From: Candidatus Latescibacterota bacterium
GTDB lineage: Bacteria; Latescibacterota; UBA2968; UBA8231
Direction: 5' to 3'
Assembly: GCA_965248355.1 (NCBI GenBank)
Contig: OZ252098.1
Span: 4,864,001 to 4,928,000, forward strand
Length of the DNA: 64,000 nt
Position numbers and translations under genes: made by a program. This document shows, piece after piece, positions 9,190 to 19,595 of the stretch. Position 1 is the stretch's first letter. Each line of letters begins with the position of its first letter. The notes under the pieces are model-generated. The model ran no database searches and was not told where the DNA came from. It saw only the letters and a list, made by a program, of their open reading frames with translations.

Positions 9190-10095
9190 ATGACCGAAGC
9201 CTACGTGGTGGACAAGAACCTGGGGGAGCCGCTGCTGGTGGAAGAGGGTGACCTGCCGCAGCGGAACGCCGACGGCGAGCCCGTGGTCGAGCTGACCGAC
9301 GAGCAGAAGTACCTCTTCGACGTCCGCGGGTGGCTCCTGGTGCCCGGCGTCCTGGCCGACGACGAGATCGAGGCCATGCGCGAATACGCCATGCGCGTGC
9401 AGAAGGACTCCGAGTCCCTGCCGGAGCACGAGCGCTCCTTCGTGGCCGGTCCCCTGGAGAAGCTCACCGACCACCCGGTGGTGGTGGGCTTCCTCAACGA
9501 GTTCCTGGCCTTCCCGGGGCTGTCGAGCTCGGAGTGCTACGGGTTCCGCATGGAGGGCAGCAACCTGCGCAACCCCGCGGCGACGCCAAAGCGGGAGGGC
9601 GCCTTCATGCCCCACAACGGCAGCGGCTTCTTCCGCTTTGCCGTGGACTCCCACCACTACCAGAGCATTCCCGGCAAGTCCTTCAGCGGCTTGACGCGGG
9701 TCGTGTGGGAGTTGGCCCCCGTCAAGATGGGGCAGGGCGGCACACTGCTGGCCACGGGGAGCCACAAGGCCGCCTACCCCGCCCCCGCCGCCATCCAGGA
9801 CCCCCATTCGGCGGCGTGGGAGACCTACGAGTGCCCGGCCGGGTCGGTCCTGTTCTTCACAGAAGCCCTGGCCCACAGCACCTCGCCGTGGACCAATACC
9901 GACAACGAGCGGGTGGCCATCTTCAACCTCTACAACAGCGTCGGCTCGCGCTGGAGCTCCTGGTCGCCGCCGGCCGAGCTGGTGGAGCGCATGCCCCCCA
10001 TGCGCCAGACCCTCTTCCGCGAGACCTGGTGCGCCGACAACCTGCCCGGCTTCCGCTACGGGGGGCAGAACCAGCGCAACCGGCCGGTGGCCTGA
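9190..10095 (+). CDS. Phytanoyl-CoA dioxygenase (PhyH) family Fe(II)/2OG enzyme, HxG variant
   Basis: LTDEQKYLFDVRGWLLVPGVL, GGTLLATGSHK, CPAGSVLFFTEALAH; first His motif reads PHNG. Confidence 0.85.
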   Translation: MTEAYVVDKNLGEPLLVEEGDLPQRNADGEPVVELTDEQKYLFDVRGWLLVPGVLADDEIEAMREYAMRVQKDSESLPEHERSFVAGPLEKLTDHPVVVGFLNEFLAFPGLSSSECYGFRMEGSNLRNPAATPKREGAFMPHNGSGFFRFAVDSHHYQSIPGKSFSGLTRVVWELAPVKMGQGGTLLATGSHKAAYPAPAAIQDPHSAAWETYECPAGSVLFFTEALAHSTSPWTNTDNERVAIFNLYNSVGSRWSSWSPPAELVERMPPMRQTLFRETWCADNLPGFRYGGQNQRNRPVA

Positions 10096-11108
10096 TGTAC
10101 ATCCAGGACCAGGTCTCCATCGACCAGCTCGACGACGGACACCTGAGGTTCTTCCGCGCCATCGGCGTGGACTCCATCCACCTGGATCTGCGCGGAGGAG
10201 CACCCGCCCCCGGCCGGCGGTCCGGCACCGGATCGGCCAACACCTCGCTGGCGCAGGACATCAGGGCCGGCAAGGACTGCACCGACGCGCTGGCCCAGGC
10301 GCGGGAGAAGGTCGAGGCCCACGGCCTGAAGCTGAACAACATCTTCATGCCCGCCTGGGAGGAGATCACCCTCGCCGGTCCCGACATGGACGAGAAGATC
10401 GGCCACTGGTGCCGGATGCTGGAGAGCGTCGGCCGCGCCGGCATCCCCTGCGTGGGCTGGAACTTCAAACCCATGGGCAACTTCCGCACCCCCTCGGACA
10501 CCGGCCGTGGCGGCGCGAGATACAGCACCTTCGACTACGCCGCCTTCGACCAGGACCGCCCCGAGCCGCACCAGCCCCCCGTGGACGAGGCCCGGATGTG
10601 GGAGCGCATGCAGCGCTTCCTGACAGCGGCGATCCCCGCGGCCGAGAAGGCGGGCGTGCGCATGGCCCTGCACCCCGACGACCCGCCCATCCCCGAGCCC
10701 CTGGCCGGCGTGGCGCAGATCTGCTCCACCCTGGAGCAGTTCCGCCGGATCTTCTTCGAGATCGCCCCCAGCCAGAGCAACTCCATGCTCTTCTGCCAGG
10801 GCTGCATGACCGAGCTGCTGGGACCGGAGAAGGTCTACGCCGCCATCGCCGAGATGGCCTCAAAGGACAAGATCGCCTGGGTCCACTTCAGGAACGTGCG
10901 GGGGCAGTTGCCCAGGTTTGCGGAGGTGTTCATCGACGAGGGCGAGGTCGACATGCGCCGGGCGATGGAGGTCTACCGCGACAACGGGTTTGAGGGGCCG
11001 TACATGGTGGACCACACGCCGGCGATTGGGGCGGGGTTCGGGGCGTTGCATGGGAAGGCCTATGCGATCGGGTATATCCGGGCGCTGGTGGAGGTGGTGT
11101 ATGGGTGA
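10095..11108 (+). CDS. uxuA: Mannonate dehydratase (UxuA) family protein
   Basis: ATG overlaps the PhyH TGA. Motifs AGIPCVGWNF, AEKAGVRMALHPDDPP, FCQGC, VHFRNVRG, DHTP, AYAIGYIRAL. Confidence 0.85.
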   Translation: MYIQDQVSIDQLDDGHLRFFRAIGVDSIHLDLRGGAPAPGRRSGTGSANTSLAQDIRAGKDCTDALAQAREKVEAHGLKLNNIFMPAWEEITLAGPDMDEKIGHWCRMLESVGRAGIPCVGWNFKPMGNFRTPSDTGRGGARYSTFDYAAFDQDRPEPHQPPVDEARMWERMQRFLTAAIPAAEKAGVRMALHPDDPPIPEPLAGVAQICSTLEQFRRIFFEIAPSQSNSMLFCQGCMTELLGPEKVYAAIAEMASKDKIAWVHFRNVRGQLPRFAEVFIDEGEVDMRRAMEVYRDNGFEGPYMVDHTPAIGAGFGALHGKAYAIGYIRALVEVVYG

Positions 11109-11148
11109 GGGAGAAACCATAACCCCCGCATCGAAGGGAGAGCACCAA

Positions 11149-11418
11149 ATGGCAGATGTTGAGAGAATCATCGGCGATCCTGGGAAGATCGCCGAGCAAA
11201 TGGAGGCTTTCCGCGAGAGTGTTACCCTGCTGTCATCGGAGAATCCTCGTATGATCGAGGAATACCCAGATGAGTGGATCGGGATTCACTCGGGAAAGGT
11301 CCGGGCACATGGCCCGACATTCGAGTCCGTCTTGCAGGCCCTGGATGAAGGAGGGTACTCCCGGGCGCAAGCCATCGTCAGGTATATCGAGTCCGAGCCT
11401 CGTACCGTGATTCTGTGA
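11149..11418 (+). CDS. Small hypothetical protein, DUF5678-like
   Basis: GGGAG RBS then MADVER...; EYPDEWIGIHSGKVRAHGPTFESVL resembles the DUF5678 pattern from memory. Confidence 0.55.
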   Translation: MADVERIIGDPGKIAEQMEAFRESVTLLSSENPRMIEEYPDEWIGIHSGKVRAHGPTFESVLQALDEGGYSRAQAIVRYIESEPRTVIL

Positions 11419-11635
11419 TGATGCAACGTGCCGATCCCAGGTAGATACGTAGTCGGTAAGGCTAGGCCCCACATTGCGTGCCCTGGCACCTCGCGGCAAT
11501 CCAATGGTGCGTACCTTCCAAAGCCCGTCGATTAGTCCACGGACTCCAACGGACGGCTCGCACCAGTATCGCAATCCAATGATTGGCTGCCATCAGGAAG
11601 GACAGGGCCCCACAAATGGACACGGAATCAACCGT

Positions 11636-12094
11636 ATGAGGATCGATCTAAAGCAAGCGTATAAGTCCATAGGAACCCTCACAACCGAGGACCTCCCCGA
11701 TCTTGCCGTTCTCATCGGCAGGAACGGTGCTGGAAAGACCCAACTTCTCGCCGCCCTCAAGGAAGGACATGCCGTGGTCCCCGGCATTAGTCAGGACGAG
11801 ATCGAACTGTACGACATGGCTTCCTTCCAACCGGGTAACACAAATGTCGGGAATCGGGCTTCCAACCAATTCGGTAAGGACACTGCCGACGCCTACCTCA
11901 TAGCTCCACCAGGAGGCCATCCGCTAATCGAGATCGCCGTAGACATCTTCGACCAATGCGCTAGAGAAATCGAACGCACATCTGGAGTGGAACGCGATGA
12001 GTTTGCCCACAGCTTGAGGGAAGAAATCCGTCGCTGGCCGGACTTCACTGTCCGAGTACTTCACTCACTTCCAAGATCTGCACGATGTCGTTAG
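11636..12094 (+). pseudogene. Truncated AAA/ABC-type ATPase (N-terminal fragment)
   Basis: YKSI...LAVLIGRNGAGKTQLL Walker A present; no Walker B or signature before the stop; lower GC than flanks. Confidence 0.7.
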
Positions 12095-12221
12095 TGAGAT
12101 TCTCGGGTCACTTGGGGATTCTCCTGCCCAGATTGCCGAGAAAGCTGATCCATGACAGGGACCAACTCTACTGGATGAGATGTGCCTCGCCTCCCGTCCG
12201 GTGAAGGCGGCGCTTGCTGTC

Positions 12222-12413
12222 CCGTTCGACGAGGTCGTCATCGGCGAGGGCGAGGTGGAGGTGCGCCGGGCGATGAAGTCCTATCGGGCCAACGGGTTCA
12301 ACGGGCTAAATGGACCACACGGCCTCCTTTGGGTCGGGGTTGGAGACGTTGCATGGTAAGTCGTACGCGAAGAGGGTATAGCCGGGCGTTGGTGGAGGCC
12401 GTGTCTGGGTGAG
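12222..12413 (+). repeat. Decayed direct duplicate of the uxuA 3' end (about 10915..11109)
   Basis: gaggtcgtcatcggcgagggcgaggtggaggtgcgccgggcgatg...ggtggaggccgtgtctgggtgag aligns with gaggtgttcatcgacgagggcgaggtcgacatgcgccgggcgatg...ggtggaggtggtgtatgggtgag. Confidence 0.85.
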
Positions 12414-12719
12414 CCTAGGGCTTGATATCTCCACCGATTACCTCAGTTTCTGATGATGTGCCACTTCCAACCACAAACCTCTGTTCGGGAAACACGAGGG
12501 TCAGTAGCGATACACACGCATATATCATAGGGACGAGATAGAATCTTCCAGCTTTACCGAGGTTATATCGCCAGTCCATGAAGGCACCGTCATGGGCTTT
12601 GAGACATGAAGCCAGACGGTTGATGGGAGCAGATTGGACCCGTATATCCTGTTCGGACCTCACAAAGGATTCATAGATGGAAGATACTCTTGACTGAGTT
12701 TGAGTGGACAACTCTGTGA

Positions 12720-14143
12720 GGCATTGTCCCGATCTTAGTTGAAATAGCACAGGCTCCCATCGTTACGTTTGATACGAGAAATCCCCAAGAAGCCTCGTAT
12801 CGGTAACCCAAGGAGCCTGCCATGAGCAAGCTACAAGCACGGAAGAAGGGCGTCAAACGGACCGTGGCCATCGGCCCCGTGAACCGCCAAGCCACCGCGT
12901 CGATGGACGATCTGGAGACTCGCATCGAGGTCATCCAGCTGCTGATCCCTTTGGGTCTGCAGGCGGTCTCGGAGGAGCTGCAGCAGTCGGTCGAGGCCTT
13001 GGCCGGACCTCGGTATCAGCGCAAGGGTCCGGATCAGGCGTTGCGCCGCTGGGGGGCGCAGGCCGGGTCGGTGTACCTGGGCGATCAGAAACTGCCGGTC
13101 GAGGTGCCGCGCGTGCGCGATGTGGTCCGCGGCACCGAGGTCCCGCTGGAGGCCTATCAGGCCCTGCAGACGCCGAGGCAGATGGACCAGGGGCTGTTGT
13201 TGCGGGTGCTGAAGGGCTTGGCCACGCGCAACTACGAGGCCTGCGCCGAGACCGTCCCGCAAGCCTTCGGTCTGTCCCGTTCCTCGGTCTCTCGCCGGTA
13301 CGTGAAAGGCACGGCGCGCAAGCTGGCCGAATTCCAGCAGCGATCCTTGGAAGGCTACGACCTGGTGGCGCTGTTTCTGGACGGCAAGAGCTTCGCCGAC
13401 GAGGAGATCCTCATCGCCCTGGGTGTGACTCTGGAGGGCCAGAAGGTGCCCTTGGGCTTCGTGCAGGCGGCCACCGAGAACGAGCGCGTCTGTCGCCGCT
13501 TCCTGGCGGAGCTGGTCGAGCGGGGCCTGCAATACGAAGCCGGGCTGCTCGTGGTGATCGATGGAGGCAAGGGCCTGTACAAGGCGGTGCGGTCGGTGCT
13601 TCAAGGCCATGCCTGCGTGCAGCGATGCCAGTATCACAAGCGCCAGAACGTGGTCTCGTACCTGCCCAAGAGCGAGCAGGCCGGCCTTCGTCGAAAGCTG
13701 GAAGCGGCGTATGGGCACTCGACGTACGAGGAGGCCCAAGCCGCCCTGGAGGCGCTGAAACCGGGGTTGCAGTTGATGAACCAGTCGGCCCTGCGCAGCT
13801 TGGAGGAAGGCCAGCAAGAAACCCTCACGCTCCACCGCCTGGGCCTGATGCCGATGCTGAAGGCCTCCTTCCGTACCACCAACTGTATCGAGAACGTCAA
13901 CAGTCTCCTGGAGCAGTTGACGCACAACGTGCGGCGCTGGACCAACTCGTCGCAGCGTCACCGCTGGGTCGCCACGGCGTTGCTTGACATCGAACCTCGC
14001 CTCCGCCGGGTCAACGGCTACCACCACCTGCCGATGCTCCGGCAAGCGCTCCAAGCCGAGCTCGGCATCCAGCAGCTCGCGATGACGGGCTGACTCATCC
14101 ACTCGAGCCTGGGCTACGTTTCAACTGAAAATGGGACTTGCCC
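12720..14143 (+). mobile_element. IS256-family insertion sequence, 1424 bp, 8-bp target duplication CTCTGTGA
   Basis: TSD at 12712-12719 and 14144-14151. Imperfect terminal inverted repeats ggcattgtcccgatcttagttgaaa-tagcacaggctc versus revcomp gggcaagtcccattttcagttgaaacgtagcccaggctc. Confidence 0.92.
12822..14093 (+). CDS. IS256-family (mutator-type DDE) transposase
   Basis: VEVPRVR, LFLDG, VIDGGKGL, QRCQYHK, RTTNCIEN motifs. Confidence 0.93.
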   Translation: MSKLQARKKGVKRTVAIGPVNRQATASMDDLETRIEVIQLLIPLGLQAVSEELQQSVEALAGPRYQRKGPDQALRRWGAQAGSVYLGDQKLPVEVPRVRDVVRGTEVPLEAYQALQTPRQMDQGLLLRVLKGLATRNYEACAETVPQAFGLSRSSVSRRYVKGTARKLAEFQQRSLEGYDLVALFLDGKSFADEEILIALGVTLEGQKVPLGFVQAATENERVCRRFLAELVERGLQYEAGLLVVIDGGKGLYKAVRSVLQGHACVQRCQYHKRQNVVSYLPKSEQAGLRRKLEAAYGHSTYEEAQAALEALKPGLQLMNQSALRSLEEGQQETLTLHRLGLMPMLKASFRTTNCIENVNSLLEQLTHNVRRWTNSSQRHRWVATALLDIEPRLRRVNGYHHLPMLRQALQAELGIQQLAMTG

Positions 14144-14410
14144 CTCTGTGAAGAGCTTGTGAAGATCGTGTTTCTGCAACCTTCTGGTAATTCGCTTGCC
14201 TTCGACTTCGAGCAACGCCTTTAGGGCACACTCGACAGCAAATGCCATCAGGATGGCATTGCCAGTCATGCGGCCCGCATTCACGAGACTGTCTTCGCTC
14301 TTCCACGTTGCGTTATGTGACTCCTTTACAAACGTAAGGAGACACTTTGCCTTGTCTCCCCAGGAGACGATGTCAGACATTAGATGCCTCTCTGCTCAAG
14401 TAATCATGGG

Positions 14411-15138
14411 CTACCACTCCAACCCCACCCCCCGCTGCCGCAAATCCCCCCGCCGGCGCTCATAGTCCGGCATGATCCGCCCGAGGGCCTGCCAGTAATC
14501 CCGGCCGTGGCCCCGGTGCCGCAGGTGCACCAGCTCGTGGACCACCACGTAGTCCACCAGACGCATGGGGGCCTGGATGATCCGCCAGTTCAGCCGTATG
14601 GTCCCGCTGCGGTCGCAGCTGCCCCACCGCCTCTTCTGGTCTGAGATCACCACCCAGGGCATCTCCACGCCAACCCTCCCCCGCCATATCTCCACCCGTT
14701 CCGGCAGCCGCTCGGCGGCATGACTCCGCAGCCACGAGACCAACGCCGCTCGCACGTGATCCCGCTGCCCCGCCCCCGCCGGCGCCGGCACGTGGAGCCA
14801 GCCGCCCCGCAGCTTCGCCTCTCCCGTCTCCCCGGGAAGCACCTTCAGCCGGTAGTGCCGCCCCAGATACATCACGCTCTCCCCGCTCACAAACTCCCGA
14901 GGCGACGGCGGCACTCCGTTTGACCCCACCCCCCGAAGCCGCTGCACGATCCACCCCGCCTTCCGCCGCGCCACCTCGTCCAGCCGGCTGGTAGGGAAGT
15001 CCTCCGGAGCCAGGAGTAACACCCCGCCCGCAGAATCCACCGTCACCGCCACCGTCTTCTTCCGCCGGGCGCTGCGGCGGATGGCGTAGGTAAGGCGGGT
15101 GCCGCCCCAGGTGATGGCGGAGGTCTCCAGGCGGCCGG

Positions 15139-15142
<4 letters not shown>
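14411..15142 (-). CDS. YgjP/DUF45 (M48/SprT-like) metal-dependent hydrolase, type I RM-associated
   Basis: ATG overlaps the hsdR TGA. IRRSARRKKT, FVSGE..YLGR.Y, RRWGSC, LNWRII, DYVVVHELVHL. Confidence 0.9.
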
Positions 15143-18156
<3,014 letters not shown>

Positions 18157-18178
18157 GCGGGTGGCAGTCTCGGTGTGC

Positions 18179-18340
18179 TCAATCGTTCAGACCAAGCGAC
18201 TTCTTCACCTCGGCAGCGGAGTATACCTGCTCCCCACCGTCTCGGACGCGCTGCAGGACTTCGGCAGCGAGATAGTAGTCCTCCATGTCATCAAGACCCC
18301 GTGCGATAGTCTCGCGCAGGCAGACATCCTTGGTGCGCCC
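18179..18340 (-). pseudogene. C-terminal remnant of a CopG/RelB-like antitoxin
   Basis: TGRTKDVCLRETIARGLDDMEDYYLAAEVLQRVRDGGEQVYSAAEVKKSLGL resembles RHH antitoxins lacking their first strand and helix; no toxin next to it. Confidence 0.6.
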
Positions 18341-18350
18341 GGTTTGCATT

Positions 18351-19595
18351 TCAAGCTGTCCCCCGAGCACGCACCTTCCAAAGCCGGACGATGAAGCGGT
18401 CGTCTTCCTCGATCAGGTCCGGCTCCGTCCCGTTGTGGCGCCGCATGGACTCGATGATCCGATTTCGGACGCCCATTCCGTAGTGCTCGATGTAGCCGTA
18501 GTCGCGGAGGATCTCCTTGAGCAGCTCGTTGCGGGCCGCTCGGACCACGCCCTCTCTCATCTTCTCCACGGTGACGCCGTTCGGAAGCCGGCCCGGCGAA
18601 ATGACCTCCAGCCGGTCGCCGTAGAGCGACACCTCGATGTCGGTGCCTTCGCGAGCGTAGTCGCGATGGGCGACCGCGTTCACTATCGCCTCTCGCACCG
18701 CGTCGAGCGGAAAAGCCCGCTTGCGGCGACGCCGGCCTCCTTCAAGCCAGGCAGCGCTTCCCATGTTGCGCTTCACGAAGTCCACCGTGCGGTCGATCAC
18801 TCCCGGCTCCACCGCAGCCCCGCGGCTCGAGACTCGAGACGTCAATGGTCCCCGAATTCGCTCTTCATCGACCGTGTTGTACTCCTTCTCGGAGCCGGGA
18901 AACGCCACCGCGGTCACGCCCGCCTGGGGCAAACGGCGCTTCGGGTGTTCGCCGAACAGCAGGAGCCCGGAAACCGATGCGCCAACATCGTCTCCCACCG
19001 CGACGAGTAGGTCGGAGTTGAGCAGGAGCCGCCGCCAGTGATCGGGGTCGGACCGAGCCGGGACAGAGCGCTTCAGGACATCGCGGTAATAGTTCTCGAC
19101 TCGATCCATGTCGAGAGCTTCGAGCCCCGTGTCCGGCACCGCCTTGATCTCGTATCGGACCAGTTGTGCCGCCTGGTAGAGTCTGGCTTCTTCCTCCCTT
19201 GTGGCCTCGCGTGAAGTGCTTCCGACGCGATTGAACGTAACCCACGCTCCTCCCCGCCTTGCCTTGTGTGGCTTGCCCGAACTGTCTGCGGGGAGTTCCA
19301 CCGACCCCACGGTTCCGTCCGGCATGGCGACGGTGCTCCATACGGGAAGGACCGCAGGCTGAAGGTTGTTCTGGGCGATGTTCATCACCCACTCCTCGGC
19401 CTCCTCGCGGCTCCTGGTCAGTCCGGTAATTCGCCGATCCTTCTCCACACCGAGCAGAATGACGCCTCCCTCCAGGTTCAGCAGGGCGGACATCTCCTTC
19501 GCCAGGGAATCGGGATGGACATCGTCGCGTTTGAACTCGACGCGCGAGTTCTCCCGGTTGGCGATAAGTTCGAGCAGTTCCGTTCGGTTCATCAC
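18351..19595 (-). CDS. AlbA_2 (Schlafen-like) domain plus HATPase_c_4 (RecG-C-like) protein
   Basis: ENSRVEFK, ALLNLEGGVILLGVE, REAIVNAVAHRDY, LEVISPGRLP, RN...GYIEHYGMG. Confidence 0.9.
   Translation of the reverse strand: MMNRTELLELIANRENSRVEFKRDDVHPDSLAKEMSALLNLEGGVILLGVEKDRRITGLTRSREEAEEWVMNIAQNNLQPAVLPVWSTVAMPDGTVGSVELPADSSGKPHKARRGGAWVTFNRVGSTSREATREEEARLYQAAQLVRYEIKAVPDTGLEALDMDRVENYYRDVLKRSVPARSDPDHWRRLLLNSDLLVAVGDDVGASVSGLLLFGEHPKRRLPQAGVTAVAFPGSEKEYNTVDEERIRGPLTSRVSSRGAAVEPGVIDRTVDFVKRNMGSAAWLEGGRRRRKRAFPLDAVREAIVNAVAHRDYAREGTDIEVSLYGDRLEVISPGRLPNGVTVEKMREGVVRAARNELLKEILRDYGYIEHYGMGVRNRIIESMRRHNGTEPDLIEEDDRFIVRLWKVRARGTA

Larger units (their letters stand above)
12415..14380 (-). 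pseudogene. HEPN-domain protein (177 aa when reconstructed) interrupted by IS256
   Basis: 14380..14144 (MSDIV...AFAVECALKALL...HDLHKLFTE) joins in frame to 12711..12415 (LSTQTQ...AFMDWRY...) after removing the IS and one TSD copy. E..LKA, HDL..L and RY are HEPN hallmarks. Confidence 0.8.

Noticed and set aside
11428..11535. Possible aspartyl-protease partner gene after the DUF5678-like gene
   Set aside because: Only a short frame (VPIPGRYVVGKARPHI) with no DTG motif; too weak to call.
10915..12413. Diversity-generating retroelement TR/VR pair at the uxuA 3' duplication
   Set aside because: Mismatches involve all four bases and indels rather than adenine-specific changes, and no reverse transcriptase is present.
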